A program made the translations under genes and the position numbers. A stretch of 63,227 bases of DNA, filler included, from Globobulimina sp. (taxonomy: Eukaryota): the NCBI GenBank assembly GCA_003354225.1. It is 46 parts of 46 records of this genome, joined end to end, with 100 filler letters (N's around TTAATTAATTAA, not from the genome) between each part and the next. Parts side by side here need not be neighbours in the genome. Positions count along the whole stretch, not along the records: positions 45,441 to 46,716 come from PIVH01019600.1; positions 46,817 to 48,092 come from PIVH01019601.1; positions 48,193 to 49,468 come from PIVH01019602.1; positions 49,569 to 50,844 come from PIVH01019603.1; positions 50,945 to 52,220 come from PIVH01019604.1; positions 52,321 to 53,596 come from PIVH01019605.1; positions 53,697 to 54,972 come from PIVH01019606.1; positions 55,073 to 56,348 come from PIVH01019607.1; 38 more parts are not named here. One strand, written 5' to 3'. Below, piece after piece: positions 45,527 to 57,940 of this stretch. The notes under the pieces were generated by a model that saw nothing but the letters and a program-made list of their open reading frames with translations, did not search any database and was not told the origin of the DNA. The first letter of the stretch is position 1, and every line of letters begins with the position of its first letter.

Positions 45527-46306
45527 GTGCGAGAGTTTGATCATTTCATTCTTATATTCAATAAAGATATATTTGATAGCCACAGGGCTCAAAATGATGA
45601 TTTTAATATGGAATGGGATTTGGGTAAAATGCGAGGTTCAAAACATCAGCAATGTGAATTAGAAATAAATGATTTGCAGAAACGTGAACAATTATTACAA
45701 TATATTTCAAAATACGGTGATGTAAAAATGTATTACGAGGTTGCGGATGCGGCGGGCTCTAAACGCGCACGAAAAAAAATGAAAATGAACAATAATGCGG
45801 TGGTATTACCCATTGGCGAGGAAGAAACTAAAACAAACTATTTATTAATGGACAGTGGAATGTTGAAGAACGAGTCCGATTATTTTCGTACTTATTTAGG
45901 ACAAAAACATACATTTGAAGATAGTGTGGAATCCGGATATATTTATTTTGGCGGTGATAAGGAAGCGTTATCGCATTTAATTGAATATATAGTGGTTGGT
46001 AGAATTAATAAAGACATAAACGCATTATCAATGGTAGAGATTGCAGGAACTTATGGTGTGAGAAGGTTTCAATTGGCATTGGTGCGTAATATTGTGGATC
46101 AAATGACTTATGACAGATATGTGGGCACAATGAAAACATTGATACGGAATGATGTGATTGATTCAGTCTTTGATGAAGTGATCGGATACGGTGCCTTGCA
46201 TTTTAGGCGATTATGTAAAAGAGGTGATTGGAGTCGATTGGGGCCAACGATTAGAAATTCAATCAAATTAATTAAAAACAAGAAAATTAAAAAATATCGT
46301 AAATAA
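45527..46306 (+). CDS. BTB/POZ-like domain protein
   Basis: MLKNESDYFRTYL, ALSHLIEYIVVGRI, VEIAGTYGV pattern. Confidence 0.6.
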   Translation: MREFDHFILIFNKDIFDSHRAQNDDFNMEWDLGKMRGSKHQQCELEINDLQKREQLLQYISKYGDVKMYYEVADAAGSKRARKKMKMNNNAVVLPIGEEETKTNYLLMDSGMLKNESDYFRTYLGQKHTFEDSVESGYIYFGGDKEALSHLIEYIVVGRINKDINALSMVEIAGTYGVRRFQLALVRNIVDQMTYDRYVGTMKTLIRNDVIDSVFDEVIGYGALHFRRLCKRGDWSRLGPTIRNSIKLIKNKKIKKYRK

Positions 46307-46949
46307 TTAATAATGTTTATTTTGTTATATATTGTTTATTAACTTGTTTGCCTTTTGTTTTTTTCTACATTTGTTATTTCTTACCGAAAATCAATATTGT
46401 ATACATATCTTGTATTTGAATTTCATCACTTTGTTTTTTTATAAAGAATGCATCGGTTCGTAATATTGTGGATGGAATGAGTGATAACAGATAGGTCGGC
46501 ACAACGAAAATATTGATACGAAAGTCATGATGAGTTGCAAGTCACTTTTACAGTCTTTTACAAAATATTAAATAAACTTAAGAATCAATCAATTTCCTCA
46601 ATTGGAAATATGGGCGGTCTGTTAAAAGTGTTTTCCCATTCATTGTAATGTTCAATCCACAACAATGCGGAATATACATATTTTGATAATCTCGGTGCTT
46701 TTAATCGATAATCGGCNNNNNNNNNNNNNNNNNNNNNNNNNNNNNNNNNNNNNNNNNNNNTTAATTAATTAANNNNNNNNNNNNNNNNNNNNNNNNNNNN
46801 NNNNNNNNNNNNNNNNAACAACTTTATAATTAAATTTTCTGTATATCAAGGGGTGTCGAATGGAATATATCGTTTAGCGTTTATCAGAACAAAGTTGAAT
46901 GAATTTAAGTTTTGGAAATGTTCGGCACTTCAATTTTATCGTTATGTTA

Positions 46950-47051
46950 TACTTTAGAATAGGACTGTTTGAAACACATGGTGATGACCTCTCCATAGGT
47001 TTTAAAAATTTTCTAAAACGCAGTGTTTCAAACAGGTCCTATTCTAAAGTA
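46950..47051. mobile_element. Tiny MITE with TA flanks (Tc1/mariner-type)
   Basis: TA-CTTTAGAATAGGAC(C)TGTTTGAAACAC inverted arms with one indel; ends CTAAAG-TA. Confidence 0.8.
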
Positions 47052-47494
47052 CTATCAGACGTCAACCAACGGCCAACGCCACCCACTCATCAGATCACAG
47101 CACTATAAAATTCGGTTTGTTCGGTGTGAGCAGGTGACTATGGGTTAATACAGAGGATCTTCAAAACACTCAGAAATCAATGAAATGCACTCTTTGTAAC
47201 ATTGAATATATTATTAAAGCGAACAATGGCTGATGGCTCATATGCTAAATCAAGTGGAAAAAAAAGGGAAAATGAAAAAAAGAAAAAAAGCGAAAATGAA
47301 AAAGGGGAAAAAAAAACCAAAAGGACTGACATCAAACAAAAAATCAACAAAACAAAGCAATAGAAATAAAAACAAAGCATAATATTTATAATATTATAAA
47401 TAATGGCAAGTTGGCAACAGATGATATCGTTTATAATATAAATAAAGTAAAAACTAAATAAAGAGAAAGAAAGAAAAAGAAAAAGAAATAAAAA

Positions 47495-48091
47495 TTAGAC
47501 CAGATTGGAGCTGGAGATACACGGCGTAGGGAGCCATACGGTGGCATTTGGATCGGCAATTTTTAATTTTATATTTGGAATTGATAATAGATCGTGAACA
47601 ATATGTATCTGATAATCTAATTCTTCCATCCATTCATTTCTTTGCGCATCGTCATCATCGTCATTTTTTCCATCACATCGAAATTGTAAATACCTATAAT
47701 CATTTTTTCCTGATGTATTTAAATAGAAATCTTTTGAATTTTTTTTAGAAACAACAACATTTGTTGAAGATGCTAATGATAGCAATGAATGTTCGTAGGC
47801 TAAGGTTTCTTGGATATTTGCTGGATTTGCATAGGTTTCAAATAGAAACAAATTAAAATCCATCACAATCGCAAATTTTTTGGTCCATATTAAATTTAAT
47901 TGATGGTCGTAATATTGTTTATCATTTATATAAGTTCTGTTATCGTCATTATTATTGTTATTATTGTGGTTATTGCTGTTATTATTGTTATTGTTTAGTT
48001 TTGATTTTGATTTTTTTGCTTTATTAATAGTTTTAATTTTAATTGGATTTAATTTGATTAAATCGGGTCTTTGCGGCCACCAAATCCAATT
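47495..48091 (-). CDS. PH-domain protein with poly-Asn insertion
   Basis: NWIWW...WTKKFAIV..FNLFLF...QFRC...RNEWMEEL. Confidence 0.6.
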   Translation of the reverse strand, partial: NWIWWPQRPDLIKLNPIKIKTINKAKKSKSKLNNNNNNSNNHNNNNNNDDNRTYINDKQYYDHQLNLIWTKKFAIVMDFNLFLFETYANPANIQETLAYEHSLLSLASSTNVVVSKKNSKDFYLNTSGKNDYRYLQFRCDGKNDDDDDAQRNEWMEELDYQIHIVHDLLSIPNIKLKIADPNATVWLPTPCISSSNLV

Positions 48092-48192
48092 CNNNNNNNN
48101 NNNNNNNNNNNNNNNNNNNNNNNNNNNNNNNNNNNNTTAATTAATTAANNNNNNNNNNNNNNNNNNNNNNNNNNNNNNNNNNNNNNNNNNNN

Positions 48193-48420
48193 TCATCAAC
48201 GTCCGTAATCCCTCAGACGCGCCATACACCCCCGCGCCTAATCCAGCGGGACCAGCTCCAACCACGATCAGATCATAGTGTTGGTCTGTTGCTCGCGTAT
48301 GCAACCCGCATGCCTCTGCCAGTGTGCGGTTGTCTGGTGCAACGAGAACTTTCCCATCATGAAAAAACACAACAGGCAATTGGTGCTGCTCATTTTCGAC
48401 CGAGTCCACCAATGCCCTTG
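48193..48420 (-). CDS. Thioredoxin reductase-like FAD oxidoreductase fragment (bacterial)
   Basis: YDLIVVGAGPAGLGAGVYGASEGLRT. Confidence 0.88.
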
Positions 48421-49468
48421 CTGTGGCAAATATGTCTATAAAACAAAGAAAAAACCTCCTAAGCGTCGTAAAGGAGTTAAAAGAATATATAAAGGATATG
48501 CTATAAACACAGATATAGCCTATGATATTTATCAACAAAGAGGTGTCCTTTTCCATAAACGACATTATTTTTGTAAAGACTGTAATGAAACACCAATAAC
48601 GAATTTAATATTCGACAAACTGGTCATCAAACGAATCAGAAACAACGATTATATACAAAATATATTAGAAAAACATGAAATACAAATAAAAACACAAAAA
48701 ACAAAAATAAATAAAAACACGAAATCATTTTCCTTTGATAAACTAAATAATAAATCAATTAGACAGACCTGTGGTTTGCATAAAAATCAACTGGAGCGGA
48801 TAGTAAATGAATTAAAGTCCAATGGCGTTCATTTGAATATAAATCATTTATTTATTGCATGTTCTATTTGGTATCAAGATATATCATACACATTTGCTGC
48901 AATTCTATTTGGATTAACGGATAAATGTTATATTGCTCATATTGTTTCCAATGTAGTTATTGTATTATTCAATCATTGGGTTCCAAATTACGTGGGATAT
49001 CCGTATTGGAGTAGGGAGAAAATTATTAATGAAAATATCCCCGAATTCGTAAAAAAACTATATCCAAATAAGACCATCATTGGCTGTGTGGATGCCACAT
49101 ATTTATATTCACAAAAATCTCAAAAAAATTATCAGTATCAAAAAGGTACATATTCTAATTATAAACACCTCAATTTACAGAAAGAGAGTGTTTTATGTAC
49201 ACCGGATGGCAAAATAATATCAGTTGATGGTCCTTACTTTGCTGATGGTCACAATAATGATGATATTATGTGGGATTCTATTATTAATGATGAGCACCAT
49301 GAACTTCATGATATTTTTCAAACCCACACAGATGATATGATTGTCGATGAGAATGATCCTGATATTGATGTACCACTTGACTCACAGTCTACATATTATA
49401 TTGTTGCGGACCGTGGCTCTAAAAAATCTGTATCTCATCCATGCTATAAATTGATGCTCCCCTTTGCT
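48416..49468 (+). mobile_element. PIF/Harbinger-ISL2EU (DDE_Tnp_4) transposase, partial
   Basis: N-terminal CPCC...CKDC, HTH, IIGCVDATY, QKGTYSNYKH, CTPDGKII..GPY, ND, VADRG. Confidence 0.85.
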
Positions 49469-49568
49469 NNNNNNNNNNNNNNNNNNNNNNNNNNNNNNNN
49501 NNNNNNNNNNNNTTAATTAATTAANNNNNNNNNNNNNNNNNNNNNNNNNNNNNNNNNNNNNNNNNNNN

Positions 49569-50280
49569 TACGTTTCTCAATGATGACTTTTGCATCCAAT
49601 CCATCTTCATGAGTCAACTCTGTCAGAAGTTGCTTCCTTTCGTTTGCGTTTGAAGGCATACTAAGTTTGAATGTATACTGCCCTCTATCAGAGAAAGTGG
49701 TTATGATCGTTTCTATCACTTGAAGAATCACTGCATATTCCGCTGATACATTTATGTCCGGCGAATGGAGATTCAACTCTTTCAAATTAGGAAACAGAGG
49801 AATTGTCATGTGAGCAAAATTTTCCCATAAATCAAAATCACCATCATTAGCACGAAATCGCAATGATTCGATATTTAATCTTCTCTCTTCTCTGAGCATA
49901 GTGACAAAATGGGTGAGGTCATCAATGGTGGCATCAATTAAAATATTCTTTAAATTGTGATGACGGTTGCAAAACAAAACCATTGATTCGGCATTCACAG
50001 TTAGAGGGGCATTCACCGTCAAGTGCAACACCTGCAAATTTGGACATTTTTCATCATTAACAGAATTGTTCAACTCTGTCAAGATAGTTCCATAATGTTC
50101 AGCAGCAATACCAAGAGAGTCCAATTTAGGACAATTACTGACGAACGGGCAAAAACTATGGAAAAATATATCACCCAAATGGATGCCACACTCGACGTTG
50201 ATTTTTGTGATTTCATTCAAGCCGGAATTCATCAATGATTCAATTAATGTTCTCAAAATCTCTTGTCCAGACTCGACCAG
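49569..50280 (-). CDS. Leucine-rich (RNI/F-box-associated-like) repeat protein fragment
   Basis: CPKLDSLGI, CPNLQVLHL, HNLKNILI, FPNLKELNL repeats. Confidence 0.6.
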
Positions 50281-50362
50281 AAGTTGAAAACGATTACCTA
50301 TAAAAATGTATGACTTTGCAGTGATTTTTTCAGAAACTTACAGTACTGACAAATTTATATTA

Positions 50363-50844
50363 CTAGTCGAGCGAGACAACAACCCGCTCTGGCTTCGCCA
50401 AACGCCACATAATACTAATAATATAATCTATTATTTTACACATACGGTAGCGGTACATAGGCGGTCGAATTTTAGCGAAAAATATGTGTTCTTTCGTAAA
50501 AATTGATGAAAATCGCCAATTTTTTCCAAACGTTTCGGATTTCGCGCCAAAATTTTCGACCCCCACCCGAAAATCAGGCTGACCCTCTCCAGCTGATGAC
50601 CCACGCCCATAAATTGGACACACACATACATAGGCGGTCGAATTTTAACGAAAAATGGGCGTTTTCTCGTGAAAATTGATGAAATGGGCAATGTTTAGCG
50701 ATTTCCCCCCGAAATTTGGCAATTTTTTCCAAACGTTTCGAATTTCGCGCCAAAATCGACCCCACCACCCGGAAATCCGGCTGACCCTCCCCAGCTGATG
50801 ACCCGCGCCCATGTATTCCCTCGACATATATATTAAACCAACCA
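50363..50844 (-). mobile_element. Probable non-autonomous Helitron 3' region with internal about 175-185 bp tandem repeat
   Basis: Minus strand ends TGGCGAAGCCA hairpin, GAGCGGG..CTCGCTC hairpin, then CTAG|T; direct repeats 50454-50626 and 50627-50811. Confidence 0.6.
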
Positions 50845-51273
50845 NNNNNNNNNNNNNNNNNNNNNNNNNNNNNNNNNNNNNNNNNNNNTTAATTAATTAA
50901 NNNNNNNNNNNNNNNNNNNNNNNNNNNNNNNNNNNNNNNNNNNNAATATTTTAAAATATTTCTCGCCGGAGGGCCTAAATTTTTGTAACCTTTCCTCTGT
51001 AATGGTACTGGGGACCACCTGCTCCTTTTCTTTCTCTTCGGCGTCAGATAATAATTGCTCTAAATATACTTCTTTACCCTGTGTCACTGATTGCCTTTTG
51101 GCCAACGCCACCACTGAAGGATGATTTAAGTGTGCCATTTATATTTGTTTTTATAGTGTGTTGTAGAAATTAAACTAGAAAACTAAAAATTAAAAATTAA
51201 AAGAAAAAAGCATTTATATTGTCCGTATATTCAACAATATGAATGGCTTTAATAAGTTTCCAATAAATAAATA

Positions 51274-52178
51274 TTATTTTAGAAATTGCGTACAAGCTTC
51301 ATCGACTGCATTAATTACAGTCTCTCCTTCGGACACATATCTCTCTAAATATCCATTAATTGTACCCAATGCTTTCATAATCTTTTTCAATGACTCCCTA
51401 TTGCTTAAATCTTGTAAATGCGTATCTATCCTTCGCGTAGCAATGCGCATATCGCCAACAGATTCTCTTATCGTATTCGATGTAGCTAACATATCCTTGA
51501 TCATTTTTGAAATATTTTCCATACTTTTCATCACTTTGTTTTTTCTATAACCATAACAAAGCACTCCCACAGTAGTTAACAAACCGACACTTAATCCCAT
51601 ACTTGCACAAACCGCACCGATCCCGCCGGAATGAGCCATAATAACAGCAGCTACACCAACTCCAGCTGCAGCAGCACCGCATGAAACAATTACTGCTGTA
51701 ACGGCAGCACCAATCACAATGACTGTGGTCATAACTAATGCGAATTTAACCCATCGAGATTTATTCTTGTAATATTTTTAAAATATTGGTCGAATGTGCC
51801 GCCAAATGAATCTTGTTTTTCCTTCAATTTGGCGCAAACCACCGTCCATTTGTTTGAAAGCTCTTCCAATTTGGACTGGTTGATCCAATTTGATATTCCT
51901 TGAATGCCTTCTTTATAGTCCAATATATCCTGTTTGCTTAAGTCAGCTGTACTGATATCTCCGCCGTTATATGCTTTATTGACGACATCTAATGTATCCT
52001 TAATATTTTCTCTTTGGATGTCAGCCTGTTCCATTAAGCCAGAAATTACGCATTTGGTCTCTGCCAATAACATAAAATATTCGTATCGAATCTTCTTTAA
52101 ATCATCAATCTCGTCCTTGCCAACAACTTCTTGGATATTATCCATGTCGGCTGTCAGTTGCGTCCACGAAATTTTCAT
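51274..52178 (-). CDS. Helical protein with central Gly/Ala-rich hydrophobic hairpin; single frameshift near 51776-51785
   Basis: Two ORFs join through an A5 run; amphipathic helices flank a roughly 60-aa hydrophobic segment. Confidence 0.6.
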
Positions 52179-52372
52179 CTATAAATAATGTGTTTAATAC
52201 GTGTAAAATAAAAGAAATAGNNNNNNNNNNNNNNNNNNNNNNNNNNNNNNNNNNNNNNNNNNNNTTAATTAATTAANNNNNNNNNNNNNNNNNNNNNNNN
52301 NNNNNNNNNNNNNNNNNNNNACAGATTTTTTTAGAAAAAAATAGCAAAATAAATCAAAAATATGAGCGGTAT

Positions 52373-53056
52373 TTGTTGAGGAATAGAAAGGATAAATTAA
52401 AGAGTAAAAAAGAAAAAGAAATGTATGAGAAAGCTAAGATATTAGACATATTACGAGATAAATTCGAGCAGTTTAGAAATACGCCAAATTCGAAGCAGAT
52501 TATTCGTTTGGATGACATTTCTCCGACGTTACGGAAATATTTTTTGGATGCAACGCAAATCATTGATATTAATAAAAAAACGATTGGATATGATATATCG
52601 TCGGATAATGAGCTGGAAGATGCGGATGACATTTCTGAGGATGGTGGGCAATTAGCAAAATTGACTAATATTGATTCAGATTATTATGATTCGAATATCA
52701 ATTTTAAGGAAGATTTAGATGGGGAACAAGGTGTAAATTATAGCGTTTCTTTTGAGAAAATAAAAAATATATTTCGGAATGTGAAAGAAATTCATTTTTA
52801 TAATTATTATAAATGTGATAATGTTACGCTTAAAAAATTAATTCGTTTTATTGAAAAGGATTTTAATAAATCATTGAAACAGATAAAGTTTTTATATTAT
52901 GATTATAAAGATGATATTATGGCAAATCCATATTTTTTTGATCCGCAAAATTGGGCTAAAAATACAATAAATTTATTAACAGCACATGGATATAATATTC
53001 GACACAATAAAATTATGCATTATGGATATAAAATTCGCATTTATAAAAGTGAATAA
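52373..53056 (+). CDS. Lineage-specific hypothetical protein C-terminus
   Basis: Long AT-rich ORF with stop and AT-rich UTR; no motif recognised. Confidence 0.55.
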   Translation: MLRNRKDKLKSKKEKEMYEKAKILDILRDKFEQFRNTPNSKQIIRLDDISPTLRKYFLDATQIIDINKKTIGYDISSDNELEDADDISEDGGQLAKLTNIDSDYYDSNINFKEDLDGEQGVNYSVSFEKIKNIFRNVKEIHFYNYYKCDNVTLKKLIRFIEKDFNKSLKQIKFLYYDYKDDIMANPYFFDPQNWAKNTINLLTAHGYNIRHNKIMHYGYKIRIYKSE

Positions 53057-53299
53057 ATAACAACTGTTTATTCATAGTTTTGTGTCTGTTTTTTTAATTT
53101 AATTTCAACAAACATCATTTTTAGGTCAATAATTTACACATATTTCATAGCAGCAACATTGTTACGTCCACAATCATACATATGCTAGGTCCAGCCATTT
53201 GGCAATATGTGATAGACGTTCTAAAATGGTTAGAGATCATATATGTAATATGTTAAAAGTATAGGTCCTAAATGGTTAGTATGGTATTTTTGTCACTCC

Positions 53300-53434
53300 A
53301 ATTTGTAAGCCTGGGAATTGGATACTGAAATCATCAGCAGCAACACGATAATCACAAGCCAGGAAATAACCAAAAGAATCAATAGATACTTGACCTCGAA
53401 TTGCAACAACACTGGGTTTAGAAAATTCATTGAT
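53300..53434 (-). CDS. Enoyl-CoA hydratase-like fragment (chimeric)
   Basis: FSKPSVVAIRG...LACDYRVAA...PGLQIG. Confidence 0.6.
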
Positions 53435-53596
53435 AGCCAAAGTTAAGCGTTTAACCTGACCGCTGCGACGAAGCGCTAATACCTGCATGCGTGCAATTAG
53501 CTCTTCCATCGCAAACGGTTTCACTAAATAATCATCTGTACCCGAATCAAAGCCCGCTAGCTTATGATCCAAGCTGTCACGCGCCGTCAGCATCAA
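53435..53596 (-). CDS. OmpR-family response regulator fragment (bacterial)
   Basis: LMLTARD...GFDSGTDDYLVKPFAMEELIAR. Confidence 0.88.
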
Positions 53597-53696
53597 NNNN
53601 NNNNNNNNNNNNNNNNNNNNNNNNNNNNNNNNNNNNNNNNTTAATTAATTAANNNNNNNNNNNNNNNNNNNNNNNNNNNNNNNNNNNNNNNNNNNN

Positions 53697-54240
53697 GTAA
53701 AATGAGTGAATTACGAGAGTCAAACAACAAATTAAACGCAGAGATATCGCTCATGACGCAAAACATGGACAATTTGAATGAACTCTGTGTCGGTTACAAC
53801 CAATCGATTGGCGGACACACAAATACAATCAAATCAATAAAGAGATGAATCAGTATAAGATCAAAGTGGATTGTTACGAGAAACAATTATTAGAGTTTAA
53901 TGAAATGGACATAACATATAAAAAAATGGAAAGTGAATTGAATGAATTTAAAAAATTATTAAAAAAAGGAAACACTTCAAACGTGGAAAATGTGTCAAAA
54001 ATAAGTGTGTTAAGTACGAAAATCAAACAGTTACAATGCGAGCTATCGGATGAAAAAGCAAACAATTTAAACCACATTGAATCGGTAAATAAAAAAAATC
54101 TGCAACAAATTAAAAAAATCAAAATTGAGTACGAGAGTAAAATAAGTAAATGCCATTTAAAAATTGATCAATTAAAAGAAGAAATAATTGCAAACCAACA
54201 GGAGAAAAGGAATGAGCAAAGGAATGAGAAAAGGAATTGA
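53697..54240 (+). CDS. Coiled-coil protein fragment
   Basis: Heptad-rich ORF ending in 12-bp (GAGMAAAGGAAT) repeats. Confidence 0.5.
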
Positions 54241-55247
54241 GAAAGGAATCGAGTGGCAATCCACCACTGCATGCACAGCAAAAATGATACTGGAAATAAA
54301 GCGATTTGAGTGGCAATCCACAGCCACAATCACAACACAAAAATGATTTTTTATGGGATATTTAATGGTGATTTTTGTGGAATTTTATAGGTGAATTTAT
54401 TATGAATTTTATGCGGATTTTATACGGATTTTATGTGCATTTTTGGCGTATTTTAGGTGCATTTTATGGTGGCTTTATGGTGGATTTTATTTTAATTAAT
54501 TATTTTAAATTTGTTCGTCTTGAAATGTTGCGGAACAAGTGTATACCTGCTCCTCTATGCGGTTCTGCAGTTCGAAAACTGCGCCGCAAAACCACTTGTA
54601 ATCTGAGTGACTTCCCCACAATGCTGATTCCACAAAACAGAGCCAAAATTCCACAATGCAGATCCGCAAAAAACACGCCCATAGAAAAATGTTACAAATT
54701 TAAAGATTTGGACACATAAAGAATTAATTCCATTATTAGTGGGATAATTAAAGTGTTTGGCACAGTTTATATTTCTGAATATAACTTTGGTTTCCTAACA
54801 TATGTTGCGTGAAACTTGTGTTTGATGATAAATGTATAAACTGTGACAAATTTATTTTTATTTTGCTTGAAACTTTGGTTTTCAGAAACCTAATTTCATA
54901 TCACAGAAAAAAGTGTGCTACTAAAAGCTCTAGTTGAATTGGCATGCTTTAATCAAAAAAAAAACTGTGACANNNNNNNNNNNNNNNNNNNNNNNNNNNN
55001 NNNNNNNNNNNNNNNNTTAATTAATTAANNNNNNNNNNNNNNNNNNNNNNNNNNNNNNNNNNNNNNNNNNNNATTTAACATACATTTTGTTTCTTGGGAT
55101 CTGATCGTTTGTTTTTTACTTTGTTTATAATTTAAATCGCGTCAATAATAGCTCACAATTGATTTCTTAGTGTTTTTGAAGAATAAAAACCACTGTAAAA
55201 GTTGCGGGAATTAAAAAAACATCTGACTGTTTTTAATCTAACGCATC

Positions 55248-56240
55248 ATGGACATTGAAGTAGATTCTCAAGAGTATGTAAACTATGTTCAATTATTGAT
55301 TGTAAACGCATGTACCACCAAATAACAGTGTTATAAAGATCATATTACAATTTTTAAAGGAAAATAACTTACATAATTCAATGAAAGCACTACAGCAAGA
55401 AACAAATGTATCATTAAATGTTGTTGATGATTTAGATAACTTTATATCCGATATACATAATGGCAGTTTAGTTTTTGTTTCTATTTTAATCCTCGCACCA
55501 TTCACCATTACAATTAACATAAATGAATTAAATAAAAACAGAATGGAACAAAGTGTTAGAAACAGTATCATCGATCGGCATCTCATCCCAAGTTTTATTT
55601 GATTTATTTGAACAAATATTTTTTGAATTAATTGAAATGAATGAAATAGATTCAGCTCGTTCATTATTATATAATTCCCAGCCTTTAATTTGCATGAAAA
55701 CGCATGAAATGCACGACATTCGATATTCGCGTTTAGAGCAAATATTATTAAACTCAACAAACAAAAATAATAATTGCAACACATCGGAGTTATACGGATA
55801 TGGTTCAAATAAAGAAAAAAAACGAAAAGAAATTGCGGAAATGATTGAAAAGGAGGTATTTGAGGTAGCACCATCTCGGTTATTGTCGCTATTAAATGAC
55901 TCATTAAAATATCAACAATTATCTGGTAACTTAATTAAGGGAGAAAATTATGATTTATTTAAAGATTATGATGACTTAAAAACGGATGAAAACAAGAAAA
56001 ACAAAGGTGATCGAAGTGAGAAAATAATCCGTAAAAACACAATAATGATTCCATTTTCTAAACATTCATCGATGACTTATATCACATTTAGCACCGACGG
56101 CAATTTATTAGTCTCTGGGTCGTCTGACGGATTTATTGAGATTTGGGACTATGACAAAGGACAATTGATTAAAGATAGCAATGTTTTAACCTATCAATCT
56201 TCTGATAAGTTATTGTTACATTGCGAGAATGTCGCAGTTC
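55248..56240 (+). CDS. SMU1: WD40 splicing factor SMU1; introns 55274-55328 and 55466-55541; 3'-partial
   Basis: IEVDSQDVIKIILQFLKENNL (LisH), GKWNKVL (CTLH), PSRLLSLL, LVSGSSDGFIEIWDY. Confidence 0.93.
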
Positions 56241-56977
56241 GATATATAACACCTTATTTACAAAGGATTTGTGTCCTTTGAACTCTTTTAATATTCGCTT
56301 TGATTTTAAACCGTGAATCTTTATGCTGTGGTCAATGGAGGATGAAAGNNNNNNNNNNNNNNNNNNNNNNNNNNNNNNNNNNNNNNNNNNNNTTAATTAA
56401 TTAANNNNNNNNNNNNNNNNNNNNNNNNNNNNNNNNNNNNNNNNNNNNCAGGCAATTGACTACGTGCTTTTTGAAGTTTTAAGTATTAGTAGCTAAGAAA
56501 AAGTTAGTTGACAGGTGTCAATTAGTTCTTAAAAAAAATGCGGCATTTATGTGCAAATTCAATTACTTAGTAATCTAATCCTTGCAAACAAGTTATTTTT
56601 ATCAATATCCTCAGCCAAAATCTCTCTGCTTTTCCACATTATAACACCACAAACATTTATAACAAGCGCCATATTGAAAGCAACCTCATTCTATCTGACG
56701 CATAAAACAGACAGATATTGTTGACGAAAGGATTGTAATAAATTGTAATAACTTGTTTTTGCAAACTAGTCACTGAGATATCAAATGTAATAAATTGTAA
56801 TTGATGACACATTTTTAGTGAATTTGACATTTTTTGAAGTTTTGAAGCTTTTTCAAAAATCAAGATATTTACATTTTTTGCAAATTCAATAAAAAAAAGG
56901 GATAGATGCGTTCGAAAATGGTAATATAAGGTTGTTTGTTGTGAGAGATATCACATTGAGTGAAAGGAAATATTTTA

Positions 56978-57570
56978 TCAAACTAACTTGTGAATGGGAT
57001 ATAATAATCCATCCATTGAGTTGTCATTAATCATTGATTGAGAGTTAAACAGATATTGATTATAAATAATAATCATATTTAACATAAAGCAATCCACATT
57101 ATCTTTATCCAAAAAATATTCTTTAACAAATTGTTTAGCATTTTTTGTTATTTTATCTAAATCATTATAATTCCATTTTGATTTTGTAATTAATTTTTGT
57201 CTTTTTGTAAATGCATTTAAATTTACTTCATTAACCAAAGTAGTAACAATAGCAATTAATTCATCTACATTTTGAAACATGATTAGGTGATAATTCTCAA
57301 TTAGATCATAGTACCACCATTCATACAAAGTACTAACTTGTTTCAATAAAACTGAACCAGACTCTAAATGAAATAACAATGAATCTCGAACAGATATTCC
57401 ATCCAAACAAATAAAATATCGATAAAGTAATTGTTTATTCATTGATAAATAAGTTAATTCTCCTTTTGGTGTTCGATTATATTTTAAATTTAAACTATGT
57501 TTGCGTCGTTTGCGCATATTCGAATAATCCATAACATCAAAATATTTATTTGTGATATTTTCAAAAATAT
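56978..57570 (-). CDS. Glycosyltransferase family 90 (CAP10/KDELC-like) C-terminus
   Basis: YRYFICLDG, LESGSVLLKQ..LYEWWYYDL..NYH, ITKNAKQF. Confidence 0.8.
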
Positions 57571-57940
57571 AGTCATTCGATAAAAGTTTTTCAAAAATAT
57601 AGTCATTCACTAACTGACAAACATGTCTTATGATTGTTCATTAGATGTCAGGTGTTGTACAAGCTGCATGCATAGACCTGAGAAGGTGACTGTTGACAAA
57701 ACGTGTTAGGATTATTTACCTTATNNNNNNNNNNNNNNNNNNNNNNNNNNNNNNNNNNNNNNNNNNNNTTAATTAATTAANNNNNNNNNNNNNNNNNNNN
57801 NNNNNNNNNNNNNNNNNNNNNNNNAAATCGAGGCAACAATTTTATACAAATACAATTTCCAAATTATAAGAAACTAGCTTTTACTCTGAATATAAATGAT
57901 ATAATGTTTTTTTGCTACTACTCAAAAATTCAGAAACGTA

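Noticed and set aside
51770-51790. Programmed -1 ribosomal frameshift
   Set aside because: No in-frame X XXY YYZ heptamer; a homopolymer indel is simpler
53276-53596. Response regulator-enoyl-CoA hydratase fusion
   Set aside because: Both parts are short internal fragments; multi-template chimera
57558-57609. Short direct duplication at the GT90 5' boundary (similar case at 5782-5828)
   Set aside because: Located at apparent chimera junctions; likely polymerase slippage or assembly artefact
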